Shown here: positions 39,773 through 49,814 of the stretch, piece after piece | Position numbering within the stretch: position 1 is the first letter of the stretch | Layout of the letters: each line of letters begins with the position of its first letter | IMG/VR virus record: IMGVR_UViG_3300003877_000001 | Coordinates: 248,001-312,000 of that record | Strand: one strand, 5' to 3' | Length of the DNA stretch: 64,000 nt | Program-made: the position numbers and the translations under genes | Notes under the pieces: model-generated | Told to the model about the DNA's origin: nothing | Database searches by the model: none | The model's input: the letters and a program-made list of their open reading frames with translations, nothing else

Positions 39773-40153
39773 TTAAAGGTAACCAACTTCTGCAACTTTT
39801 CCACTTAATTCGATTGCGAATTGAATTGGTTTCCAATTAGTTATTTTATTTGACATAAAAGGTTTTCCACCTTCTTTTCTATTAACAGCTATTGTTATGT
39901 GTGGTATTACATTATCAGTAGGTACAATGGTTTCTACCATAGCTGCCATTGCTAAATCAGACATACCTATCTTAACAACTCTTAGTTGTGCTGTCATACC
40001 TAAATATTTTTCATATTCTTCTTTAATTTCACCCATGTTAAGTGTCATATGGTGTGCCACATTTTCCCAACCTTCAGGAATTTCAGAATATTGTAATAGC
40101 TTTGTTCTAGATGGTTCATCTAAAACCAATGCAGTATATGAAACCTTACCCAT
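39773..40153 (-). CDS. 2H phosphoesterase (tRNA-ligase cyclic phosphodiesterase-like)
   Basis: Two HxT motifs, HHMTL and PHITIAV, plus KPFMSNKI. Confidence 0.85.
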   Translation of the reverse strand: MGKVSYTALVLDEPSRTKLLQYSEIPEGWENVAHHMTLNMGEIKEEYEKYLGMTAQLRVVKIGMSDLAMAAMVETIVPTDNVIPHITIAVNRKEGGKPFMSNKITNWKPIQFAIELSGKVAEVGYL

Positions 40154-41262
40154 TATTTTATTTCGTTATATTTAACAATTCGTACTCTTTCGTTACCAAC
40201 AACATCAATTACCTTAATTTTTAATTCTTGGTCTGTAATATCAATGAAAAATGGTTTTGTATATTCTTTAAATTTATCAACATTATTTAGTTGAACCATT
40301 ATTTTACTTACACCTGATTTATTATCTATTGCAGTTAATGTTATTTTTCTCAAATTTGTTAATTCGTTTTTTATGATTTCTTCATTAACAAAAATTTCTG
40401 GTGGTATTGCATCTAAATAAAATTCAAATATATTTTCATTTTCTTTATTATTAATCCAATCATTAGAAAAATACCACAATATATGTTCACCATCATTTAG
40501 TTTATTTAATTTTATCGGTTCAATATATTTTATAAATTCTGTACTATCAAAATTATAATATGTTGAATTTACACCAACACCATCAATATCTTCACTAATT
40601 AAATTTATCACATCATTAGGTGATAGTAATATATTAACATCCCCTATATATGTTTTTGGTGGTGAATTGTCAATCCCAAAATTAAAATTATTATTATCAT
40701 AGTCATACGATAATTCACTAATTTTTTCTACATTACCAACATTATCAACACTATAAAACTTTAAATCAATATCAATACCAGCCTCAAATATAATAAAATT
40801 TTCATATAATGTAAAGTTTTTTCCATTAATTGAGTAATAAATTTTATCAACACCAGATAATTCATCTTCTCCAACTAATTCAATTTTTAAATCATCACCA
40901 TAATATCTTTTACCTCTAAAAACATATGTTTCTTTAGAAATAAAATTTACCTTTGTTTTTGGTGCTTTACTATCTGCATATATTTTCCATATTTGTTCTC
41001 CAAATGGATAAACATATTTACCTGTTGAATCCATTTCCCATTTAGTTCTTAAATAGTTTATTCCTTCGGTATCTAAATAAAAGGGTTTTTTTAACATTAC
41101 ACCATCTAAATTTGGTGATGATAATGTAATATATATGGGGAGTTTTTTATTCCAAAATATCTTTTCCCCATCAACATATGATTTTTCTATTTCTGTATGT
41201 TGTATTTGTGCTAAACCTATATTAGATAATAGTAAAAATATAATAAATAATATATATTTCAT
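40153..41262 (-). CDS. Secreted protein with repeated Ig-like (OmpL47-type) domains
   Basis: Signal peptide ending GLA-Q; repeated DxxPPxT, SGVxKIxY and DxVGNxE motifs. Confidence 0.7.
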   Translation of the reverse strand: MKYILFIIFLLLSNIGLAQIQHTEIEKSYVDGEKIFWNKKLPIYITLSSPNLDGVMLKKPFYLDTEGINYLRTKWEMDSTGKYVYPFGEQIWKIYADSKAPKTKVNFISKETYVFRGKRYYGDDLKIELVGEDELSGVDKIYYSINGKNFTLYENFIIFEAGIDIDLKFYSVDNVGNVEKISELSYDYDNNNFNFGIDNSPPKTYIGDVNILLSPNDVINLISEDIDGVGVNSTYYNFDSTEFIKYIEPIKLNKLNDGEHILWYFSNDWINNKENENIFEFYLDAIPPEIFVNEEIIKNELTNLRKITLTAIDNKSGVSKIMVQLNNVDKFKEYTKPFFIDITDQELKIKVIDVVGNERVRIVKYNEIK

Positions 41263-41939
41263 TAATTAAACTCTTTTTTTATTTTCTTTTTTATTTGCTC
41301 CAATTCTTTTTTTAATCTTGGATTTAAATTTTTTCCACCTTTGATTACTGTTATTGAATCAAGTCTTGGCTGTCCAATTATAACTTCACCGTTTTCTCTT
41401 ACATATATAGAAATAAGATTATATTTATCTAATCTAGTAATGTAATTACCTGCTGGTAAATTTTCAAAAGTTGATGCTTCTATTGGTACTTTTACTTCTG
41501 GAACTGAAGTTTTGTCTTTTTTTACTATTTCATCACTTTCGCCTGATAATTTTCGTATTCTATCCAATTCTTTTTTTATACGATCAATTTCCGAAAGTAA
41601 CTTTTTTTTTAGTTTATCGTTTTCTTTTTTTTTATATTCATAAGCAAGACTTTCCATCTTATCTGCTCTTTCATCTAATGAATCTAATTTAGATATTAAA
41701 GATAATTTTGTTAATAATATTTTATCTAAAATACTATTAACATTTTCCTTATTTTCATCAAAATCAATATTTAAATCTCTTGCTAATTGAATTATTGAAT
41801 CTTCCTTTGTTAAAATACCACTAGAAAATTCAACATTTCTATCCTCATTAACCACTTCTGGTGATTTATCACAAGATATTAGTATAATAAGAAGACTATT
41901 TACTAAGAAGTATTTCCAGAACTTTATCAACTCTTTCAT
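41262..41939 (-). CDS. Putative lipoprotein with coiled coil
   Basis: Lipobox-like LLIILISC. Confidence 0.6.
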   Translation of the reverse strand: MKELIKFWKYFLVNSLLIILISCDKSPEVVNEDRNVEFSSGILTKEDSIIQLARDLNIDFDENKENVNSILDKILLTKLSLISKLDSLDERADKMESLAYEYKKKENDKLKKKLLSEIDRIKKELDRIRKLSGESDEIVKKDKTSVPEVKVPIEASTFENLPAGNYITRLDKYNLISIYVRENGEVIIGQPRLDSITVIKGGKNLNPRLKKELEQIKKKIKKEFN

Positions 41940-42213
41940 TAGTTTTATCTATTTTATCATTTAATTTAGTATTGGCATCTTGAATATTTTCTAATTGTTG
42001 TAAAAGCAACTCATAGTTTACCCCTTCAAGATTTTTAACCCTTCCATTTAGTTCAGCATAATTTTTATCATGTTCATCATGACGATAATTACTAACCATG
42101 TAATTACCAATACCAGTTCCTATAACAGCAACAATAAGTATTACATTATACCAATTTCCAATCTTATTGAACATACCTTTTACACCGCTATTTATCTTTT
42201 CTGTCATTATCAA
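41896..42213 (-). CDS. Small single-TM coiled-coil protein
   Basis: TM VILIVAVIGTGIG followed by a heptad-like segment. Confidence 0.6.
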   Translation of the reverse strand: MIMTEKINSGVKGMFNKIGNWYNVILIVAVIGTGIGNYMVSNYRHDEHDKNYAELNGRVKNLEGVNYELLLQQLENIQDANTKLNDKIDKTNERVDKVLEILLSK

Positions 42214-42255
42214 ATATTTAATTAAGAATAATATTATATTCTAATATAAATACCT

Positions 42256-44040
42256 TTATGATTTAGGATTATTCAATAAATTAAGTAAATCTTCTCTATT
42301 ATTTTTTATTTTATCACCATAAACATTTATTAATGCTGACCTAAGACCATCACCAATTTCTTTACCTTTAAGACCCATCTCCATTAAATCATTACCATTA
42401 ACAGCTAACTCTCCAATTGATTTAGGGTATAAACCCGAATCTAAATCTACAATACCTCTTTTCAATTTTTCTGGAAGAATTTGACTATTAAGTGATTCTG
42501 GTGATTTAGTAAACATGTTATGTGCAACTACACGATTTTTTACATTATCATTACTTACATTAGTGAATCCATTTGATAAGGCTTCAATCTCTTTAACTGT
42601 TGGTATATCACCTTTCAATGTTTTTCTAAATACTTCTGCTGGATTATCTAATTGTCTTGTTAATAAGTAAATAAATTCACCCATTGTATTTACTTTATTA
42701 AATGGACTTTCATCAATAATTGATTGATCTAAATCAACACCAAACATATTTTGAAATAATCCAGTATTTTTTAATAATTGTGCTCCAACCTTTTTATCAC
42801 CCTTAGTTACAATTTTTTCTAATTCAATAAACATTCTTTCACCTGCAATTTCTTTAATCTTAGGTGCGTTTTGTTTAATTAAATCCATTGTATGTGGTTC
42901 GATTGTGAAACCAAACCTAGATGCGAATTGAACACCTCTAAGCATTCTAAGAGGATCATCAGCAAATGCTTCTGGATTAACAACTCTAATAATTTTATTT
43001 CTTAAATCATCCTGACCGTTATATGGGTCAATTAAATTACCGTTAACATCTTTTGCAATTGCATTAATTGTAAAATCTCTTCTTTTTAAATCATCTTCAA
43101 TAGGTAATTCGTGATCTGATTTTACATCAAATCCTTTATGTCCATCACCAACCTTTTGTTCTGTTCTAGGAATTGCAATATCAATATCATCGGTTGCACC
43201 TTTAGGTACAAACTTAATAACACCAAATGACTTACCTACTGCATCTACTTTACCGTATTTAGTTAATAGTCTTTCTAGTTTATCCATAGGTATTCCAGTA
43301 ATAAGAATATCTAAATCTTTAGAATCTTTTCCTAAAAATTTATCTCTTACTGCACCACCTACTGAAAATATTTTACCACCAAGTTTTTCAATTTCTTGTT
43401 TGAATGGTAAATCTTCTAAAGACATTATATTTGCTTCTTTAATCATATTTTTCTTATACGTACTATTCGACTCTTGGGTTACACTATTTACTTGTTCCCA
43501 TATACATCTATGAAACTTATCATAATCCATGTTACTTAATTTAAGTGTAGGATTAACCTTTATTGTTAAATTCATATTTAAAGGTTTATTAAGTATTTTT
43601 GCTGCATAATATCTATGATGTCCATCTTGGATATAAAACCCTTCACTCCAACCATTAGGTTTATCATAATCAACTTCAATTGGTTCTGACAAATCAACAG
43701 ATTGTGCATATTCGATATCTGATAAACCCTTTTGTTCTATTTCCCATTTAACATTTTCCAAATCATTTCTCCATCTAACCTTTAATTCATTTGGCATTAT
43801 GGTATTTTTTTCTTGAGTGAATCCAAATGCCCATTGATCAAATAAATCATCAGGTAATCCACCGCTTCTTAATAAATCTTCATCACTCTTAAATTTTTTT
43901 AAATAGTTTGATACGTAATCAGGTATTTCAAGTTTTTCACATTCATTATTTTCTTCATTTATAGTATTTTCATATAAACTACTTCCTGAATCAGTTACAT
44001 CTTCTCTTGTATGATTAGCAGGATATGTATTTTTTACCAT
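42256..44040 (-). CDS. cca: Class II tRNA nucleotidyltransferase (CCA-adding) fused to an N-terminal ParB-like domain
   Basis: VGGAVRD, KDLDI, EDDLKRRDFTINA, DDPLRMLR, ERMFIEL, LAVNGNDL; N-terminal IQDGHHRYYAA. Confidence 0.88.
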   Translation of the reverse strand: MVKNTYPANHTREDVTDSGSSLYENTINEENNECEKLEIPDYVSNYLKKFKSDEDLLRSGGLPDDLFDQWAFGFTQEKNTIMPNELKVRWRNDLENVKWEIEQKGLSDIEYAQSVDLSEPIEVDYDKPNGWSEGFYIQDGHHRYYAAKILNKPLNMNLTIKVNPTLKLSNMDYDKFHRCIWEQVNSVTQESNSTYKKNMIKEANIMSLEDLPFKQEIEKLGGKIFSVGGAVRDKFLGKDSKDLDILITGIPMDKLERLLTKYGKVDAVGKSFGVIKFVPKGATDDIDIAIPRTEQKVGDGHKGFDVKSDHELPIEDDLKRRDFTINAIAKDVNGNLIDPYNGQDDLRNKIIRVVNPEAFADDPLRMLRGVQFASRFGFTIEPHTMDLIKQNAPKIKEIAGERMFIELEKIVTKGDKKVGAQLLKNTGLFQNMFGVDLDQSIIDESPFNKVNTMGEFIYLLTRQLDNPAEVFRKTLKGDIPTVKEIEALSNGFTNVSNDNVKNRVVAHNMFTKSPESLNSQILPEKLKRGIVDLDSGLYPKSIGELAVNGNDLMEMGLKGKEIGDGLRSALINVYGDKIKNNREDLLNLLNNPKS

Positions 44041-46636
44041 TTTGATCTATTATATTAAGACCTGCTTCTTGTGCTACTTTTAATACCGTATTAGTATTAT
44101 GATCTTCAGCAATTTCTTTTAATCGTTGTTTAGTTATAATCTCTTCATTAATAATATTTTTAATTAAGAATATTGATTCATCTAACATTTTATGTCTATC
44201 ATTTACTGCTTTTTCAAAAGTATCTTCTAACCATTTCCAAGCAGATTTTTTATCTGCATCAGTAATTTTAATATCTTTTTCATCAATACCTACATCATTT
44301 ATTGATTCATCTTGCCATGCAAAATATTTATATTTACCAGAATCACTTTCACCTTCAGTATATTTATTTCCAGCTTCTACTGGTGGAATCATTACATATT
44401 TATGATTCCAAGCTAAATTACCTTTAATATCCCAAGGATATTCAGGTTCTTTTTTTGCTTCTTTTTCTTTATCAGATAATTTCAACCCATAATCATGTGT
44501 TATTTCAACTTTAAAATACATAACGGGATATTCCCAATCACCACCAGCTTCCCATAGTTCAGCATTAATTTCATATTTTATTGGTTGGTTTTTACGTAAA
44601 TCTTTATTAAAGTAAAAAGTTTTCTTTTGTTTAGTACTATCATTATTTTCTAAATCAAAATTAACTTTATAGAATTCTTGACCTTGTTTTATTGGATCAC
44701 TCCATGCATCATTTATTATACTACTATAATCAAAAATTTCATCCTTTTCTTTTCTATTAATTATAGATTCAGTTAAATCATTTATTGTTTCGTTAATTTT
44801 TCTATCTATGTCTTGAAAATAATGTCTTTCTTTAACATCATCTTCAGCTACATTTGTAGTGTTTGCTTTTCTACGATGTTGATTATCATCATTAATATCT
44901 GTTAATACAACATTATTTATGTCTCCTTGATTACATGCTTTTGATGTTCCATTACCATTTCCACCTAATTGACATTCTTTTTTTATTGTAACTGCTTTAG
45001 ATTTTGGCATCCAACTTGTTATTCTTTCGGTAATTATATTTGCAGTAATATCTAAAAACATTTCATTTAAATCCCAAATATCATCTTCTGCATTAACAGT
45101 ACCTTGTGCATTAGTATATAATGAAGTCCCATCTTCATTTATACCTTGTCCACCTAACTTATATTTATCAGATTCTGAATCTGCACTACCATCAACACCC
45201 CAATATACTAAATCTTCCTTAATTAAGCCAACCCTTTTAAAGAATTTTTGAATCTTCATTAAATTATTAAAAAATTTAACATTATTATTAGATATTTTTA
45301 ATGAGTTTTCAATATTTTGTGAACCAATTAAATAATTTTTCAATAATTTAGAAACCATTTCGCCTGTTGGTTTATAAATATTACCATGTGCTTCTATAAA
45401 ATCGGTTGATTGTTTTAAATCCTCTGAAGAAATATCTCTATAATCTTCATATGCATATTCATTTAAGTCATCACCAACCAATTCATTAGATGATGTGAAT
45501 GCATTACCACCATACCCACCATCTTTTATATTAGCATCTTCAGCAGCATTATCTAAAAAATCTTGCATTTGAAATTGTACTTCATTAATACTATCTTCTT
45601 TATTTTCAATCCCTTCTCTTTGTCTACTTTTATTATAATATGTATTATAAACATCATGAGATAAACCATAATCAATTACAACAATCTGAGGTTGACCATC
45701 CCTATTAACCTCACCGTATGATGATATTCTATCTAAATCACCAGCACTTTGAGCAAAATTAGCAATCATTTCACCTAAACTAGAGGTAAACTCATTTTCC
45801 CACATATCTTCTTCAATGGATTTATCTAATTCAGCACCATAATATTGACCACGACCATTTGCCTTATGATCATATAGTTTTAGAAATGCACCAACATCTT
45901 CAACACGATAACCCGTTAATTCTTTAAATCTGTTTTTACCTACTTTTTTTGCTCTTTCAGATTCAATCCATAAATCATTTGGATGACTATCAATAACTTT
46001 AGTAATTACATCATCATTCCATCCTTGTGTTGATACTGAAGTTTCTTCGGCATTTTGTGCTAAACCCTTTTGATTAGCTGCTAGTTTTAATGCCATTTTA
46101 TCATCAACAGCATATACGTGTCTACCACTTCCACTTGCAATTTTTTCTAAGTGTTCATCAGCATATCTTTTTCTAGCAGCAAATGATGTTAAACCTTTAA
46201 ATTCGTCCATATTAAATGATACTGGATAATCTTCTTCTAAATTATCTTCATTCATAGTCCAAATTTCTCTACGAATTATTTCATCTAAATTTTCATCTAT
46301 TTCTTTTTTTGGTTCTCTAAACATAAGTTCCATTGTTTCATAATCTTTGTTTCTGCCTTTATTCATGATAAAACCTAGACTTTTATACCAATTAATTAGT
46401 TTATTTTTATTAGCACCAAAATCACTAGAAGGTGTTAACGCTAATATTTTACCTCTTTCGTTAGCATAATTTATTATTTGCTCCATAGTTTCTTGAGCAT
46501 AACCACTACCTCTAAAATCAGGGTTTATTCTGATTTGATTTAACACAAGAAATTTACCTCTATCTGTTAAATAGAATTTCCCAACTTCTTGTCCATTAAA
46601 AAATATTGTTTCTGAATTAAAATCTAGATTTACCAT
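44015..46636 (-). CDS. Multidomain protein: GNAT acetyltransferase, protein-kinase-like domain and unknown modules
   Basis: INPDFRGSGYA...WYKSLGF (GNAT); SGSGRHVY...ALKLA...QNAEE...GDL...IDYGL (kinase fold). Confidence 0.75.
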   Translation of the reverse strand: MVNLDFNSETIFFNGQEVGKFYLTDRGKFLVLNQIRINPDFRGSGYAQETMEQIINYANERGKILALTPSSDFGANKNKLINWYKSLGFIMNKGRNKDYETMELMFREPKKEIDENLDEIIRREIWTMNEDNLEEDYPVSFNMDEFKGLTSFAARKRYADEHLEKIASGSGRHVYAVDDKMALKLAANQKGLAQNAEETSVSTQGWNDDVITKVIDSHPNDLWIESERAKKVGKNRFKELTGYRVEDVGAFLKLYDHKANGRGQYYGAELDKSIEEDMWENEFTSSLGEMIANFAQSAGDLDRISSYGEVNRDGQPQIVVIDYGLSHDVYNTYYNKSRQREGIENKEDSINEVQFQMQDFLDNAAEDANIKDGGYGGNAFTSSNELVGDDLNEYAYEDYRDISSEDLKQSTDFIEAHGNIYKPTGEMVSKLLKNYLIGSQNIENSLKISNNNVKFFNNLMKIQKFFKRVGLIKEDLVYWGVDGSADSESDKYKLGGQGINEDGTSLYTNAQGTVNAEDDIWDLNEMFLDITANIITERITSWMPKSKAVTIKKECQLGGNGNGTSKACNQGDINNVVLTDINDDNQHRRKANTTNVAEDDVKERHYFQDIDRKINETINDLTESIINRKEKDEIFDYSSIINDAWSDPIKQGQEFYKVNFDLENNDSTKQKKTFYFNKDLRKNQPIKYEINAELWEAGGDWEYPVMYFKVEITHDYGLKLSDKEKEAKKEPEYPWDIKGNLAWNHKYVMIPPVEAGNKYTEGESDSGKYKYFAWQDESINDVGIDEKDIKITDADKKSAWKWLEDTFEKAVNDRHKMLDESIFLIKNIINEEIITKQRLKEIAEDHNTNTVLKVAQEAGLNIIDQNGKKYISC

Positions 46637-46644
46637 AGTAATAT

Positions 46645-46673
46645 AAAAAACCCATAGCAGTAACTATGGGTTT
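46645..46673 (-). terminator. Intrinsic terminator
   Basis: aaacccatag/ctatgggttt perfect 10-bp stem plus U-tract. Confidence 0.75.
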
Positions 46674-46693
46674 ATTCTGCTTTCATATAAATA

Positions 46694-47443
46694 CTATTGT
46701 TTTTTTGATTTATTAATTTTTTGTAAATCGATAATTGTTTCACGTACAATTTGTTCAATTACTGTACGATTTTCCTCTAATGCCTCTTTAATTACTTCTG
46801 CTTTATATGATTCAATGATTGAATTTTTCATTGCTTCAGCAAATAAATGTCCAAAATTTTCATTTAATAATTGTGTTGCAACATTATTAACTTGTTCGAT
46901 AATTAATTGTGGTGGTGCACCAACAGCCATTTGATTTTGCATCATTTGCTGTTCATTTAAGATTCCACCTTGATTTCCCATAGGTGTTCCTACATGTCCC
47001 ATTTGTTGATATTGTGATATTGCATCAGCAACACCAACAGTTGAAGTAGGTTGTCCCATTGGTTTGTTATAATTAGTATTAGATTGTTCTCTAATTCTTT
47101 TAGCCTCATTCATTCTTGCAACTTCAGCAGCAGAAGGAATATGCCCATTTGTTTGTTGTGGTTGAATACTTTGTGTTGGTGCACTTGAAGTAACATGTTC
47201 CAATATTGAAGGGTCTACCGTTTTACCTGCTAATTTCGCTTCAGCTACTTGATTTACTGTTTTTACTTTAACACTAGCACCTGTTTGTTCACCTGTTTGT
47301 CTTGTATGTACCAATTCTCTTAAAAATTGATCACCACTTACTGGAATGATTGTACTTTCACCTAGTGCTGTTTTTCTAACATTTTGTTCCTGCTTTGTCT
47401 TATCTATTGTTTCTCTTAGTTTTTCTAAGTCTAATTTTGACAT
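46694..47443 (-). CDS. Hypothetical Gln-rich protein
   Basis: 249-aa ORF; GTATTTATA upstream. Confidence 0.7.
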   Translation of the reverse strand: MSKLDLEKLRETIDKTKQEQNVRKTALGESTIIPVSGDQFLRELVHTRQTGEQTGASVKVKTVNQVAEAKLAGKTVDPSILEHVTSSAPTQSIQPQQTNGHIPSAAEVARMNEAKRIREQSNTNYNKPMGQPTSTVGVADAISQYQQMGHVGTPMGNQGGILNEQQMMQNQMAVGAPPQLIIEQVNNVATQLLNENFGHLFAEAMKNSIIESYKAEVIKEALEENRTVIEQIVRETIIDLQKINKSKKQ

Positions 47444-47500
47444 ATTCTATTTTTATAAAATTTTATTATTTTTTATAAATACTACAAAAAAGAAAAAAAT

Positions 47501-48409
47501 TTAACTATTTTGTAAATTTCTTTCAAATTCTACCTTTTGTTTATTAAAAAAGGTTTTATCTATTGGTTTACTACGTTCACCACCTAGTAATGAACCAGAA
47601 TTATTTAATTTATTTTGAAAATTTTCAAATGCACTTTGAGAAACCCTTTTGGTATCTTTAAGTCCTGCTACTTCTTTAAATAAATCATCTAAATTACCTA
47701 CAATACTTTGAGAATCAAGCCTTACTTCCCAATTTTTAGTTTTATATTCTAATTGTCCATTAGGTTTTTGAACTACAATATAGTTTGCAGGGTTTTGTTT
47801 TCTACTAAATTTAACCCTACCAAACAAATTTGTAAGTTCCTTTTTAAATTGAAAATCATTGGTATCATTAACAAAACTCTTTAAACTAGCAGCTTGATTA
47901 TCAAATACCGAACCTTCTCTTGATTGGAAATTTGGTTCTTCTATTGAATCTTGTCCTTTCATATTATCTTGAGGGATTTCTTCATCAGTATATGCTGCAA
48001 TTACGTTCAATGCACTATCATTAGGATTAAAATTAGGTCTTGGTGTTACTGCATTTTTAAATTTTTCATTTGTTGGCATAAATGATGATATACCTTCAAC
48101 ATTAAATAATCTCCAACCACCTTTATTTAAACCACCGCTATTCCATTTATCTGGTCTAGTACGTTTAGTATCACTAGCACCTGCTTGTTGATACGATCTC
48201 AGCAATAAATTTCCTGTTGTTTTATGTGTTCCTAAGACATACGGTTCAATTGTACGATATCCACGATTAGTTGTATTATCACCTTGATAATATATATACA
48301 TAACGTCTTTACCTTCAATAGCATCTACAATTGATTTTTGATCAACAGATTCTGTTAAAAGTCTAAGATTTTTAATATTATCCTTTATAAGGTGATTTTC
48401 ATTTAACAT
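47501..48409 (-). CDS. WYL-like domain protein
   Basis: IYYQG...RTIEPYVLG...LLRSYQ...WRLFNVEGIS pattern. Confidence 0.7.
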   Translation of the reverse strand: MLNENHLIKDNIKNLRLLTESVDQKSIVDAIEGKDVMYIYYQGDNTTNRGYRTIEPYVLGTHKTTGNLLLRSYQQAGASDTKRTRPDKWNSGGLNKGGWRLFNVEGISSFMPTNEKFKNAVTPRPNFNPNDSALNVIAAYTDEEIPQDNMKGQDSIEEPNFQSREGSVFDNQAASLKSFVNDTNDFQFKKELTNLFGRVKFSRKQNPANYIVVQKPNGQLEYKTKNWEVRLDSQSIVGNLDDLFKEVAGLKDTKRVSQSAFENFQNKLNNSGSLLGGERSKPIDKTFFNKQKVEFERNLQNS

Positions 48410-48413
48410 GATT

Positions 48414-48650
48414 TTATGCTTTTGTTATATCATATGGGTCATTTTGAGTGAATTGGTTTTTTGCTTCCAATTGTTTTCTCTTTTTGATATCTGTTGCACT
48501 ACCAATTGTTTCAGTTTCACCTTTACCATGTTCATCACCATCAGATAAAGCATTTTCATGTCCAACATTATATTCATCATTGTTTGTAAACTCATTTTTT
48601 GCTAACAATGGATTTCTATATTGTGGTGAATTTTCTAATAATCTACTCAT
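48414..48650 (-). CDS. Small acidic protein with internal duplication
   Basis: LLAKNEFTNNDEY / LEAKNQFTQNDPY. Confidence 0.65.
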   Translation of the reverse strand: MSRLLENSPQYRNPLLAKNEFTNNDEYNVGHENALSDGDEHGKGETETIGSATDIKKRKQLEAKNQFTQNDPYDITKA

Positions 48651-48699
48651 TTCTCTTTATTTATTTTTAAATGTTATTTCTTATAAATACTTTTAAGTT

Positions 48700-48951
48700 T
48701 TAAATATGTTTCCATCTTTCTTTATCTACAATTGTAGATGATGATAGGTCTGATTCTAATATTCCATAAATAAACGAAGATTCACCATATTTATTATATG
48801 ATCTTTGTAGAAGATTATTATAATGTTTACCTCTTCTTAATTCTGCAAAATGTTTGTTGATTCTTTTATAAATATTTAAAGAACTACCAACATATATTTT
48901 TTTATTAACATTATTTTTAATTAAATAAACACCAGAAAATTTTCTATTCAT
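48700..48951 (-). pseudogene. Truncated GIY-YIG homing endonuclease (catalytic domain only)
   Basis: SGVYLIKN...IYVGSS...R...H; stops at 83 aa; homologous to the N-terminus of 59227..60081. Confidence 0.7.
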
Positions 48952-49813
48952 ACTTTGTTAGTGCAATTTTAACATAATCCATAAGATTAGGTACTGTATC
49001 TAATTTATCTATTTCATCAATTGAATACCAACCATAATCTTGATGTTCATCATTCAATTCAACATCATCATTATCACCATCATATTTTGCAATAAACATA
49101 TGTTCCACACTGTCTTCATTTCTTTGTAAAACAAACTTCTCAATAAACTTATTAATATCAAGACCTGTCTCTTCTTTTATTTCTCTTTGAACCGCTTCTA
49201 CTGGTTCTTCACCTTCTTCGACACCACCACCAACTAATGCTATTTTTTCAGGCATCCATTGCTCTTTATAAGACGATCTCTGTAAGAGTAGTACTTCCAT
49301 ATCATTATTAAAAATAATCGCTAGAGCGTTCTTTGTGAGGTTATTATCAATTTCTTCACCTTCTAATATTTCACCTTCAGGAATTTTTTTTCTTCCAATT
49401 CTATCCAACCAACCTTCATGATTATGTAAAAGTCTTTGTTCTGATTCTCTTAAATTAACTTCACCATTTTGTGCAGTTAAATCTAATGAATTAGCCATAA
49501 CCATTGTTGGTTTTTTTATTTCTTTTGATTTAGCAGTTCTATCTCTTTCATTTCCTAATTGTTGATCGATAAACATTTTCATTTCATTACCACCTGCATA
49601 ATCAAGTTCATCTTTAGATGTTGTTTGTGCATTGAAATTATCGAAAAAGTTTTTTAACCTTTTCATTTGCTCATACGATATATTACCGCTATTAACAAGA
49701 CCCTTTGCTCTTTTTATTCCATTACCTGTTGGGCTAGTATATATTTTAGCATTAATCTTATTTAAAATTTCTTTTGGTATTGGATATGTATTACCATATA
49801 ACTCCGAATTCAT
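48944..49813 (-). CDS. Nudix hydrolase fused to an N-terminal phage domain
   Basis: Nudix box GGVEEGEEPVEAVQREIKEETGL; LNDEH...W. Confidence 0.88.
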   Translation of the reverse strand: MNSELYGNTYPIPKEILNKINAKIYTSPTGNGIKRAKGLVNSGNISYEQMKRLKNFFDNFNAQTTSKDELDYAGGNEMKMFIDQQLGNERDRTAKSKEIKKPTMVMANSLDLTAQNGEVNLRESEQRLLHNHEGWLDRIGRKKIPEGEILEGEEIDNNLTKNALAIIFNNDMEVLLLQRSSYKEQWMPEKIALVGGGVEEGEEPVEAVQREIKEETGLDINKFIEKFVLQRNEDSVEHMFIAKYDGDNDDVELNDEHQDYGWYSIDEIDKLDTVPNLMDYVKIALTKYE

Positions 49814-49814
49814 A

